Program-made: the position numbers and the translations under genes
Part shown: piece after piece, positions 33,371 through 43,148 of the stretch
Layout: each line of letters starts with the position of its first letter
Position numbering within the stretch: position 1 is the stretch's first letter
From: a virus
DNA length: 64,000 nucleotides
IMG/VR virus record: IMGVR_UViG_3300047476_001426
Span: 64,001-128,000 of that record
Direction: 5' to 3' (one strand)
The notes under the pieces: generated by a model
What the model saw: the letters and a program-made list of their open reading frames with translations, nothing else
What the model was told of the DNA's origin: nothing
The model's database searches: none

Positions 33371-34036
33371 TTATTTTGTTATTGTCATTATAATTGTTCC
33401 TGGTACCACATTGTCTAATTGACTTGAAACTTTCTTTATAATTCTACCATATCCAACATCACCGGGTATAGTAACACAATGTGATATTTGATTTATATTT
33501 CTTATTAAACCACCTTTCAGAAACATAATCAAATCTGAGTCACTTTTATTATTTATTATCTCTATATCGTCAATTGTTTCTATTTTTAAATTACAATTAG
33601 AAAACATGTGATAATGAATGTCATTTAAGTCTGGTTCATTAATCCATAAATTTTCTTTTTCCATCACGACACTATTTTCATAAGGTTTGGATTCTCTTCC
33701 ATAAACATCATTTAATCTAACCAAATCGTGTTTGTCTTTGGGTGTTTCAATTTCAAATAAATTGGTCCCATTAGGAGACAGTGATTTTGTTGAATGAAAT
33801 AATCCTCTTCTAATCATAACTTTGTCTAAGGGTTTTAAAAGTCTACTATCTGATAAAAAGGATAATTCAGCGTCACCGTCAAGTAAAACTAAACCAGTTG
33901 TTTTTTTAGGGTGACAATGCAATGATGTTGAATGTTCGTGATTAATATGTAAAAACCATAAACCAACATCCTCGTTTTCATAAACAAGGTATTCATAACC
34001 CCATGGTTTTACAACTATTTGATTTTTAAAATCCAT
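33371..34036 (-). CDS. Cupin (sugar isomerase-like)
   Basis: KPWGYE, SLHCHPKK, FHST, EIETP. Confidence 0.8.
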   Translation of the reverse strand: MDFKNQIVVKPWGYEYLVYENEDVGLWFLHINHEHSTSLHCHPKKTTGLVLLDGDAELSFLSDSRLLKPLDKVMIRRGLFHSTKSLSPNGTNLFEIETPKDKHDLVRLNDVYGRESKPYENSVVMEKENLWINEPDLNDIHYHMFSNCNLKIETIDDIEIINNKSDSDLIMFLKGGLIRNINQISHCVTIPGDVGYGRIIKKVSSQLDNVVPGTIIMTITK

Positions 34037-34587
34037 TAATAACCCATTCTTTTATTATGTACCCCATACGCGGTGTTCAACCAATCGCCCATAAAATCAT
34101 AATGAGGACAAGAAATTATATTACCATCAACAACAACTGGACCCACATCAAATGTTGCACCCGCGTTTTCAATATCAACACTAATACTGTAATATCCCGA
34201 TACTCTTCTATTTTGTAAAACTTTAGATGATATTAGTAATTGAGCACCGTTACAGATAGAAAAAATCGTTTTATCTAAAAAATTCCATCTATTAATAAAT
34301 TTAAGTACCCCCTTTTCTTGTCTAACTTTTTCAAGAGCTTTAACACCTCCCGGTAAAACCAAAATTTCATATTCTTGAAGATATTGTTCAATTATATTAT
34401 CATCTTCAAAAATTGTTGTTGGAACGTCACATATCATATGACTCCCCAAACTACCCCAAATCTTACCTTCTTTATTCGCCATTAGCGTTACTTCATATCC
34501 ATGTTCTTTTAGACTATAGTATGGATAAATGAGTTCATGGTCTTGGTATTTCTCCCATGTGATTATTAATGCTTTCTTTTTTACCAT
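34036..34587 (-). CDS. DJ-1/PfpI family protein
   Basis: EL..PYY, LPGG, SICNGAQLL. Confidence 0.85.
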   Translation of the reverse strand: MVKKKALIITWEKYQDHELIYPYYSLKEHGYEVTLMANKEGKIWGSLGSHMICDVPTTIFEDDNIIEQYLQEYEILVLPGGVKALEKVRQEKGVLKFINRWNFLDKTIFSICNGAQLLISSKVLQNRRVSGYYSISVDIENAGATFDVGPVVVDGNIISCPHYDFMGDWLNTAYGVHNKRMGY

Positions 34588-35528
34588 ATGAATTTGTTTT
34601 TATAATGCTCAACAATTTTTATTATTTCTTCATCAAATATTTTTATTGGTTTCCAACCTAAATTTCGTAATTTTTCATCATTAAGTGAATACCTTAAATC
34701 AATTCCAGGTCTAGTATATGACAAATCAACATAATTTGTGATATCATCTTGATTCTTATATATTTTAATTATTTTTTTTACTGTTTCTAAATTAGATTGT
34801 TCATGGTCAGATGAAATATTGTATATTTCATTAATACTACCCGATTCAATTATTTTTATAATTGCTTTGGAGGTATCTTCAGCGTGTAACCAATTTCTAA
34901 TTGGTTCACCATTTTTATGTAAGGGTATTTTTTTATTTAATTTTAAGTACTTACATGTTTTAGGTATTAATTTTTCAACATATTGACCAATACCATAGTT
35001 GTTAGTTGGTCTTACTATAACATATGGTAAATTATATGTCCTACCCCATGCAATTATTAATTGGTCTGACGCCGCTTTTGTTGCTGAATACGGATTACTT
35101 GGTTTTAATAAATCGGTTTCATAATGAGAACCATTAACTATATCACCGTATACTTCATCGGTACTAAAATGTAAAAGAACGGGTGAGTTTGATGTCTCAT
35201 TTCTACAATTTCTTAATAATTCTAAAAGATTATGTACACCGTTTATATTTGTTCTGACAAAGTCATCACTATTAGATATTGAATTACCAACGTGTGTCTC
35301 CGCTGCGGTGTTTATTATGTAGTCACAGTCATATAAAAATTTCAAATCATTTATATCGGATTTTATAAATGAAAAATTTTCATAAGAATTAAATTCATCT
35401 AACAAACTTGAATTGGCAGCATAAGTGATTTTATCGACCCCTTTAACATACCAACCTAATTCCAAACATTGTCTTGTTATGTATGAACCGATAAAACCTA
35501 AACAACCTGTAACATAAACTACTTTCAT
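34581..35528 (-). CDS. rfbB: NDP-glucose 4,6-dehydratase
   Basis: TGCLGFIGS, AAETHV, STDEVYG, PSNPYSATKA. Confidence 0.85.
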   Translation of the reverse strand: MKVVYVTGCLGFIGSYITRQCLELGWYVKGVDKITYAANSSLLDEFNSYENFSFIKSDINDLKFLYDCDYIINTAAETHVGNSISNSDDFVRTNINGVHNLLELLRNCRNETSNSPVLLHFSTDEVYGDIVNGSHYETDLLKPSNPYSATKAASDQLIIAWGRTYNLPYVIVRPTNNYGIGQYVEKLIPKTCKYLKLNKKIPLHKNGEPIRNWLHAEDTSKAIIKIIESGSINEIYNISSDHEQSNLETVKKIIKIYKNQDDITNYVDLSYTRPGIDLRYSLNDEKLRNLGWKPIKIFDEEIIKIVEHYKNKFIW

Positions 35529-36667
35529 TATGAAAAAAATTCTTTTATTTTATCAGTAACATAATCAACATCGTCTATTGACATTCCGTGATGAGCACCA
35601 AGTAAAAATCCATTTTTCATAATTGTATCAGCATTTTTAAATGGTTCCAAATATTCTCGATATGCGGGATGTCGAGTCACATTACCGGCGAATGTTACTC
35701 TTGTTTGAATATGATTTTCTTCTAAAAAATGTAATAAATCATATCTATATTCTGTCTGTAATGGAATTGCCAACCAATTTGGTTTTATTGTATCATCGGG
35801 TAAAATAATTTCAGATACATCTTTTAAATTTGTCATATACCTCTCAATATTATTTCTCCTGATAATTTCAAATTTTTTAAATTTTTCTAATTGAACTAAC
35901 CCAAACGCAGCATTCATTTCAGAACTTTTAAAATTATATCCTAAAACACTGTAGAGAAATTTATGGTCATATGGTATTCCGTCAACAGAGTGATTAAACC
36001 TATCAGACATTATTTCTGAATTATCACCCATTCGACCCCAATCACGGTATTGTAAACAAACGTTTTTTAAATTCTCATCGTTAAACATTACCATACCACC
36101 TGAACCACCAGCAGTGATTACATGACTAGCATAAAAACTAGTGGTTGAGATGTCGGACTCTAAAGTCTGTGTCACAGTATCCGCGGAATCTTCTATCAAC
36201 ACAATATCTTCTCGACCAATTTCGATTAAACAATCTTTTAAGAGTTTCCAGTCGGGTTTATTACCAATGAGGTTTGGTAACATTATGACTTTTACGTCAT
36301 CGTCAACCAATGATATTATCTCACTTACATGTGGTACGTATGTTGTTAAACCCACATCACAAAAAACAGGTATTAACCCAAGTTGAATTATTGGGGCTAA
36401 AGTCGTTGAGAAAGTACATGAAGGTGTAATTACTTTAGTACCTTTAGATAGTTGTAAACAAGCCAAAGACAAAAGACACGCAGAGGAACCGGAATTAACA
36501 AATACTCCGTATTTTTTACCAAAAAATTTACTAATTTTTTCTTCAAACTCTACCGTCTTTGGTCCAAAACCAGCAATCCACCCATCTCGAAGACAATTTA
36601 CAACCGCCTGTATTTCCTCTTCACCATAGGATTCAAATTTATTCGGTGCGTACCATATTTTTTTCAT
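35528..36667 (-). CDS. DegT/DnrJ family, His-type 3-dehydratase (RfbH/DdhC-like)
   Basis: NSGSSA, IEDSAD, SFYASHVITAGG with His in place of the PLP-binding Lys. Confidence 0.8.
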   Translation of the reverse strand: MKKIWYAPNKFESYGEEEIQAVVNCLRDGWIAGFGPKTVEFEEKISKFFGKKYGVFVNSGSSACLLSLACLQLSKGTKVITPSCTFSTTLAPIIQLGLIPVFCDVGLTTYVPHVSEIISLVDDDVKVIMLPNLIGNKPDWKLLKDCLIEIGREDIVLIEDSADTVTQTLESDISTTSFYASHVITAGGSGGMVMFNDENLKNVCLQYRDWGRMGDNSEIMSDRFNHSVDGIPYDHKFLYSVLGYNFKSSEMNAAFGLVQLEKFKKFEIIRRNNIERYMTNLKDVSEIILPDDTIKPNWLAIPLQTEYRYDLLHFLEENHIQTRVTFAGNVTRHPAYREYLEPFKNADTIMKNGFLLGAHHGMSIDDVDYVTDKIKEFFS

Positions 36668-36676
36668 AAACTATTT

Positions 36677-37522
36677 TTACATCCAACCCATACTAATAAA
36701 TTTCATATGGTTATCATCGATATTATTATGTCGGTGTATATTGCAACCTTCCACACCTTCGTGTGTTGTGTGTCTAATTACAGGGAAAGTTGTTACACCA
36801 CCTTTCTCTCTCCATTGTTCAATAGTGTAAAGAGGTTCTTCATCACTATAAAATCTAACTAATTTTTTAAATCCATGTTTACCCATGTATGCGGAAAAAG
36901 ACACGTCGTCATTCCAAGATGCATCCATAAATTCTTGATATAAATCATCTTGGAAGAAATACCTTTGGTAAGATATTGTCTTATAGTGTTGTAAAAATTT
37001 CACATACACATCTTTGTATACCGAAACAACAAAAGTGTTTCTAACATCATCAAAATCAGATGGGTTTTCACATCTACTACCGTCGTATCCACAAGCAGTA
37101 TCAACATATGTTTCCTGATTTTTAACTTGTTCCTCAACCATTTTTGGGTGGTAAACTAAATCATCGTCACATACAATTAAAATCGCATCAGGTTCATTAA
37201 CTCTTTTTAAAGTTGGAACTAATTTGGTCATGGTTCCCAAATCCTCTAAACCTTCATATATTTTAAATTTTGGATGTTGTACCGATAATTCTTTCATCCA
37301 CTCAGGAACAACATAAGTTTCTCCTGTTAATTTACTTACTGACGGTACATTGAGATGAATTTCGTATTCACCATTATAATCTTGTTCGATTAATGATTTA
37401 ATGTTACTTTTTATTCCCGTATCGTAGTCCGCGGAAAGTCTAGATGGGATTGTGGTTAAACTCACAATAACTCTTCTTTTTGGTTTCATAATTAGGTTCT
37501 TAATTTTATCAAGTATCGACAT
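36677..37522 (-). CDS. Glycosyltransferase (GT-A)
   Basis: VSLTTIPSR, TKLVP, CDDD. Confidence 0.8.
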   Translation of the reverse strand: MSILDKIKNLIMKPKRRVIVSLTTIPSRLSADYDTGIKSNIKSLIEQDYNGEYEIHLNVPSVSKLTGETYVVPEWMKELSVQHPKFKIYEGLEDLGTMTKLVPTLKRVNEPDAILIVCDDDLVYHPKMVEEQVKNQETYVDTACGYDGSRCENPSDFDDVRNTFVVSVYKDVYVKFLQHYKTISYQRYFFQDDLYQEFMDASWNDDVSFSAYMGKHGFKKLVRFYSDEEPLYTIEQWREKGGVTTFPVIRHTTHEGVEGCNIHRHNNIDDNHMKFISMGWM

Positions 37523-37529
37523 AATTTAT

Positions 37530-38384
37530 TTATTTTTCAATGTATATTTTATCATTATTTTGTGTGAACTCATCATAAATTACTTGGTCCATTGCACCCA
37601 TGTGATGTCCACATTGTTTTCTAAATTCATTAAATCCCGAATCAGGAAAAGATAATTGTCTAACAATTGGGAAACTATGTGACCCTCGACCGTTCCAATT
37701 CACAGGTCTCCAATCGGTTTCATTTTCCCAAGTTGCACATATGTAATGTCTTTCTTTTAATTTAAAGTAGTAACCAGCTAAAACATCATCATTTGTTGCC
37801 ATTGATAGGAATGATTCATCCATAAAATCATCACCAAAATAACTTCTGAGGTATGAAACTGAATGCCAATGTCCGGGTTGAACAACTTGTCCGTCATATT
37901 TTATTGGGAAGAAGAAATGTGTTGGACTAAGTGTGTATTTGGTTACACCTTCCTGTTCATCATACCATTCACGTTTTTCAATACAATTATCACCTCTAAA
38001 ACAAATCATTGCATTTGGATATTGTTGCATTTTTTTAAGGTGGTATTCTAACATATCTTCGTGATAGACATGGTCATCATCACAAACAATCATAATATCA
38101 TTAGGGTCACTGATATACAATAACGCACCTATAATTTTTACAACAGGTCCATAGTCTTTTTCAACTCTGTTTAATATTAATTTTGGATTTTGATTAGCGA
38201 ATTCAATTAAATCATTTGAGATTACATATTCTTCGTCATTATTATTTTTATATCTAAACGGAATGTTAAGTAAAACTTTATAATCTTTGTCCGTTTTTTG
38301 ATTCAATAAGGAAATGAGATTTTCCTTAAATGAATCCCAAAGATTAATTCTTTTTGGTACTGTTGTTAGTGAAATATAAATCAT
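37530..38384 (-). CDS. Glycosyltransferase (GT-A), paralog of 36677
   Basis: ISLTTVPKR, DYGPVVK, CDDD. Confidence 0.8.
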   Translation of the reverse strand: MIYISLTTVPKRINLWDSFKENLISLLNQKTDKDYKVLLNIPFRYKNNNDEEYVISNDLIEFANQNPKLILNRVEKDYGPVVKIIGALLYISDPNDIMIVCDDDHVYHEDMLEYHLKKMQQYPNAMICFRGDNCIEKREWYDEQEGVTKYTLSPTHFFFPIKYDGQVVQPGHWHSVSYLRSYFGDDFMDESFLSMATNDDVLAGYYFKLKERHYICATWENETDWRPVNWNGRGSHSFPIVRQLSFPDSGFNEFRKQCGHHMGAMDQVIYDEFTQNNDKIYIEK

Positions 38385-38385
38385 C

Positions 38386-39168
38386 TTATAGGTTGTTTAT
38401 TAATTTTAAGAATTCTAATGAGTGGTCTGCTCTATTTAAATCGTTTTTTCTATCTTGTTCAGTCGGGTAATCACCCATATCCAAAGATACCTTCTCCCCC
38501 GTTTTAAATAAATCCAAAACTCTATTAAAAGTTGATTTGTTATTTAAAACCAATGACTTATTTACAAATGTCATTTCAAGAATGTGAGGTAAAACAATGT
38601 TCACATCACCTTCAACATACGGAGACGAACCAGCGTAATTATTCGCGTGAAAATGACAATGATAAAAATATTCATTTAATCTTTTCACGATTTCAAAATA
38701 CCTTTCAAGATTCTCTTTTCCATCTATTGGGTGAAATTCTACAACGATACCTGTAACAATTTGGGATAATCTTTCGATATCGGTGTTTAAAAAGAACGGA
38801 AATTCCGCACCTTCAATATCCATTTTTAAAAAGACAGGTTCTTTGATTCCACTTTGTTCGTAATGTGCGAAAAAGGTATCAAGGTCAGTTTCTTTTTGGT
38901 AAGATAAACCTTCTTTCTTAAATGTCATCAAATGTGACAAATCGTGTGGGATACCCGCACCTTCAACAGTGTGGTCATAAGAAAATGATGGTTTATTTGT
39001 TTTTCTAACGTAGTCTAATTCAAATGAAATGTCTGAACCAACCCCATAAGAAAAAAGAGCCGCACTGTTATCTAATACGATTTGCGGGACAACATAACCA
39101 CCATCCCATTCATTACCTAATCTAACTTTAGGTGACTTAACGTCATATATTTTTAATTGTTCTATCAT
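38386..39168 (-). CDS. FkbM-like SAM methyltransferase
   Basis: RLGNEWDGGYV, SYGVGSDISFE, LKMDIEGAE. Confidence 0.8.
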   Translation of the reverse strand: MIEQLKIYDVKSPKVRLGNEWDGGYVVPQIVLDNSAALFSYGVGSDISFELDYVRKTNKPSFSYDHTVEGAGIPHDLSHLMTFKKEGLSYQKETDLDTFFAHYEQSGIKEPVFLKMDIEGAEFPFFLNTDIERLSQIVTGIVVEFHPIDGKENLERYFEIVKRLNEYFYHCHFHANNYAGSSPYVEGDVNIVLPHILEMTFVNKSLVLNNKSTFNRVLDLFKTGEKVSLDMGDYPTEQDRKNDLNRADHSLEFLKLINNL

Positions 39169-39800
39169 ACAATATTTTTATTTTCAAAAAAATTTATTAA
39201 TCTGTCTCTATTTGTGATATGTACTTCACCATCTGACAGTTCCTTTATTAAATACCCGTCTTCATCACAATATAAACTGTGAACATCTACATAAATCATT
39301 TCATTTTCTTCACATTTGGTTTTTAACATTTTATTTAATTTCAACACATATCTAAGTCTATCTTCATCTGGCCCAATTACAGGGTATTGTTCTTGAAACC
39401 TTGATGGGTCGTAATTACCACCAAAATATCTAATTGCGGGAACTATACTCATTACACCAAAATCTTGATGTTGACTCTTTTCCATTACATCAAAGAGATT
39501 ATTAACCAATGTTGATAAAACTTCATCCTCATCTCTTCCGTTTTCATTTATTTGTTTCCATATGTGACATCTACAATCAATTTCACCAAAAGCGAGGACC
39601 CACAATCCTTCTCTTTGAACTTCATTACGAGGTATATAATAGTCATCAAAACCCATTTCAAAACCGTTTATACCGACACTGTGCAATGTTCGTGGTCCAA
39701 TATTTAATGTTCTTACTTTGGGGGATTGACCACTACCAATACAAAATGTATTTGAGTGAGAATCACCAATCACATAAATTATATCGTATTTTTTATTCAT
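39165..39800 (-). CDS. SGNH-like hydrolase/acyltransferase
   Basis: IGDSHS, GEIDCR, DGEVH. Confidence 0.7.
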   Translation of the reverse strand: MNKKYDIIYVIGDSHSNTFCIGSGQSPKVRTLNIGPRTLHSVGINGFEMGFDDYYIPRNEVQREGLWVLAFGEIDCRCHIWKQINENGRDEDEVLSTLVNNLFDVMEKSQHQDFGVMSIVPAIRYFGGNYDPSRFQEQYPVIGPDEDRLRYVLKLNKMLKTKCEENEMIYVDVHSLYCDEDGYLIKELSDGEVHITNRDRLINFFENKNIV

Positions 39801-39801
39801 G

Positions 39802-40845
39802 TTATTTTAATTTTTCTAAGTCAATTAATTCGTCTAAATAAATTCTCACATAGGAGTCTAAAGTACAATTCTCCTCGTACCACTTTCTACCGTTTTGAGA
39901 ATAAAATTCAACTAATTTTGGATTATTTTTTAACTCTTCAAATTTATCAATGTAAGCATCTGCCAATTTTTTAAAATCACTTAAATCGTCACATTCTACT
40001 TTGGCATAATGGTAATTGGGTATTAGTTTATTGTGGTATTGTATAACTAATTCAGGTCTTATCACCGCACAACCTAAACCCATGCCGTCAATAGTTCTTA
40101 CTGAGACTTCTGAAACAGAATTCACATCCATAATAATCGAATATTGGGAAAGTTCTTTAATGAATTCCTCACCACTTAATCTACCATACCAATCTATATG
40201 AAATCTATCATCGTGGTCTCGTAAATATTCTCTAAAAGGGGTTCCTCTACCCCTTAAAAATAATTTTTCAGGGAATTTCCTCTCTTTATTTTTATAAGAC
40301 AATTCGATTTGTTCGTATGCATCTCTAAAGAATGTTGTAAGAGTACATGGTGTATATTCGAATTCAACACAATCTTTTCTATATCCTTCGTCATCATAAC
40401 AATCATGAGGTATTAATTTTTCATATTTAAAATCATCAAAATGAACACCTACGGGTTGGAAAATATCTACACAATTATCCAAATCCCAACCCCAATTATC
40501 TTTAAATTGTTTATATAATGGGTGGGTTGATTCTAAATGACCTCTACCAATGTAGTGAGCTTTATCACACCACGAAATAATCATAAATTTACCTGTTTCA
40601 GGATTTTTAATAACAGGGGTTGCAATTCCATACGCTGGACAACAACAGTTTTTATTTATATCCCTATTATTAATCGGTGTAATTTCTATTTCGGGGTATT
40701 TTTGCAACATTTTACGATAAAGTTCAAACATGCATATTAAAGTCATGTTTGAAAAGTCTTTATAGTTCTTGTTAAAATCATTTAAATCATCGACAGTCCA
40801 TTTGTCAAAGTCTAAATAAAATTCTAATTTCTTTATATCACCCAT
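39802..40845 (-). CDS. Glycosyltransferase-like (GT-B C-terminal signature)
   Basis: EFIKELSQYSIIMDV...VRTIDGMGLG. Confidence 0.6.
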   Translation of the reverse strand: MGDIKKLEFYLDFDKWTVDDLNDFNKNYKDFSNMTLICMFELYRKMLQKYPEIEITPINNRDINKNCCCPAYGIATPVIKNPETGKFMIISWCDKAHYIGRGHLESTHPLYKQFKDNWGWDLDNCVDIFQPVGVHFDDFKYEKLIPHDCYDDEGYRKDCVEFEYTPCTLTTFFRDAYEQIELSYKNKERKFPEKLFLRGRGTPFREYLRDHDDRFHIDWYGRLSGEEFIKELSQYSIIMDVNSVSEVSVRTIDGMGLGCAVIRPELVIQYHNKLIPNYHYAKVECDDLSDFKKLADAYIDKFEELKNNPKLVEFYSQNGRKWYEENCTLDSYVRIYLDELIDLEKLK

Positions 40846-40889
40846 TATTATAAAATATAAGGAATATGGGTTTTATAGTAAACTAGTGA

Positions 40890-41867
40890 TTATAATATTT
40901 TACTTATATCAATTAATTTTGTTGCGATAGATGAATTCATCTCAATTGTTGCATTTTCCTCATACCATTTACGACCGTTTTTGGCAACAAAATCTATAAA
41001 ATCGTAGTCCCTTTTTATTTTTTCAAACTTATCAAAAACCCTATTTGCAACTTTTTTACAATAACCATCATAATCATTTCCCATTTCTTCAATATCGTGA
41101 AAATCAACCGATATGTAATGGTAATCAGGTATTAATGGATTATGAAAATCTGTAACTAATTTTAATCTAAATAACGCTGAACCAAGACCCAAAATTTCAA
41201 TATCCCTGAAACAAATTTCACCAGCACCATTTAAACTTAAGTTTAGTTTATTATGATTCAATTCTGACAAATAGTTTTCAATGTTTAACAAATCTTCAAC
41301 AACTGAAACTACATTTCCATTTTCATCAATTGATTTCATTGTTCCTGTTACATCAAATCTTTTATCATAAAAAAGATGTTCTCTAAACAGGTAAAGGTGA
41401 CCTCTGAATGTTAATTTTTCGGGATACACTCTATTATCAAGTATTTTTGTTTTTGAATATAAATCTTCTATAATCCCCTCACCAACAGAAGTTGCACCAA
41501 CATATGATATTGGAGTATATTCAACTAAAGATTGTTTTTTGTAATATATGTCATTTTCATGGTGACCAATACTACTTAGTATTTCAACACAATTTTCTAA
41601 ATCCCAATTAGTTTGTTTTAGGTTTACTATTTTATCCCAATATGAAACTAAAATATATTTTTTTGTTATAGGGTTTTCAATTTTCAAAAAATAGGGCCCA
41701 TATTGGTGAGCGCATGATTGATAATTTTCATCCCTAAGAGTGTGACTATGAATTGGGACAAATTCAATTTCGGGATATTTTAATTTCAACTTCTCAAATA
41801 TAACCTGTAGAGTTTTCATTACACCATGAATGGTTTCCTGATATTCGTAATAACAATTAATTCTCAT
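40890..41867 (-). CDS. Glycosyltransferase-like, paralog of 39802
   Basis: CAT at 41865-41867 and TTA at 40890-40892 place it on the MINUS strand (ORF track labels it +); LSLNGAGEICFRDIEILGLG. Confidence 0.65.
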   Translation of the reverse strand: MRINCYYEYQETIHGVMKTLQVIFEKLKLKYPEIEFVPIHSHTLRDENYQSCAHQYGPYFLKIENPITKKYILVSYWDKIVNLKQTNWDLENCVEILSSIGHHENDIYYKKQSLVEYTPISYVGATSVGEGIIEDLYSKTKILDNRVYPEKLTFRGHLYLFREHLFYDKRFDVTGTMKSIDENGNVVSVVEDLLNIENYLSELNHNKLNLSLNGAGEICFRDIEILGLGSALFRLKLVTDFHNPLIPDYHYISVDFHDIEEMGNDYDGYCKKVANRVFDKFEKIKRDYDFIDFVAKNGRKWYEENATIEMNSSIATKLIDISKIL

Positions 41868-42702
41868 TCTTTCCGTAATTAAATAATAAATGAGAAAAAT
41901 CGGGGTTATTGATTAGATTTTCTTCATTAATTAGGTTATAAGTAAATTTAATACAAAACTCATTTGGATTGACGGGCATACCGTTTTCTGGTAAATTAAA
42001 AACACCGTGTCTAACAATTTCTGTGTATGCAATTACAAAATATTCATCGATATTTTCATCGACGACATTGTAATCAAATAAAGATTTAAGAGTACACATT
42101 GTACTCTTAAAATCTAATGTATTTTCTTTTATAAAATCTGTTGTCTCATCTAAATTATGAATACTAATCATATCACATCTTTCGAATAATTTGATTAGAC
42201 TCTCTTTCTTCCATATACAAGGTTGAACACTAAATAAGTAACGGTAATCTCTGTATCTGTGATATAGATTTTCATTAAATTTGTTAAAACAATCAGACTC
42301 AAATTTGGGGAAATCACTCAAAGGAGCACCACCAATATCATCAAACCCGAAATAATCGATATTTTCACATCTCATTAAGTTCAAGACATATTCTAAGTCA
42401 TTGTATTTTATTTCTTTTAAGAAGAAATAATCATCTAATGTAAAAAATACAAATTCTTCATCTATTTGCGATAGACCGTGTATCATTGTTTTTACAAATC
42501 GATTTTGGTCATGAGAATCGACTTCACTGCTTACGTAATTTACGGAATCTATAAATTTTTTATTTTCATTTTTAAATTTATTAGAAAGTAGTGTGACTTT
42601 TAATTCTGAATTTTTATTGTGTTTGAAAAAATGAGATAAACACAGCTCCGCTAATGATTGATTGTTTTCGTGTGTGTAAAAAAGAAATCTTACGTCGTTC
42701 AT
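41857..42702 (-). CDS. Glycosyltransferase (GT-A)
   Basis: FFTLDDYF, SVQPCIWKK. Confidence 0.65.
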   Translation of the reverse strand: MNDVRFLFYTHENNQSLAELCLSHFFKHNKNSELKVTLLSNKFKNENKKFIDSVNYVSSEVDSHDQNRFVKTMIHGLSQIDEEFVFFTLDDYFFLKEIKYNDLEYVLNLMRCENIDYFGFDDIGGAPLSDFPKFESDCFNKFNENLYHRYRDYRYLFSVQPCIWKKESLIKLFERCDMISIHNLDETTDFIKENTLDFKSTMCTLKSLFDYNVVDENIDEYFVIAYTEIVRHGVFNLPENGMPVNPNEFCIKFTYNLINEENLINNPDFSHLLFNYGKNEN

Positions 42703-43148
42703 TGTAATTTTTTTTGGTAATCTAAAATGTAATCACTACATATTCCAATACATTTTGATACATCCTCATTATATAATTCGGGTAAGACAGAAATCGTATT
42801 ATCTAATGGTTGATTACCCGGATATACCCATAAGTATCCCGCGGACGTAATTGTTAATAAATCTTCTTGATGCCAAAAGAAATTTATCCCCTCATCCATT
42901 TTGTAAAGTTCAATAACCGCTTCGGTATTTTTACAATGAACCCATAAATTGGATTTTCTATTTAATATCCACTCGATGTTAATTCGATACTGAGGATTAT
43001 CATGACCTAAAAACCATTCATTATCTACATTCCAAACATCTATTTCCACATCAAATCCCATGGACAGTGCTTCCATAATGTAAAATATTGAATTTTCTCT
43101 TATTTCATTTTTGCCATTTATATTTCCTCTGTGAGATATTAGTATCAT
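42699..43148 (-). CDS. PLC-like/GDPD-like phosphodiesterase
   Basis: ISHRGN, ENS, VEIDV, GHD, HCKN. Confidence 0.75.
   Translation of the reverse strand: MILISHRGNINGKNEIRENSIFYIMEALSMGFDVEIDVWNVDNEWFLGHDNPQYRINIEWILNRKSNLWVHCKNTEAVIELYKMDEGINFFWHQEDLLTITSAGYLWVYPGNQPLDNTISVLPELYNEDVSKCIGICSDYILDYQKKLQ

Noticed and set aside
40890-41867. Apparent inverted (+ strand) gene inside the glycan operon, as labelled in the ORF track
   Set aside because: The listed protein is encoded on the minus strand (CAT at 41865-41867, TTA at 40890); the label is wrong and there is no inversion
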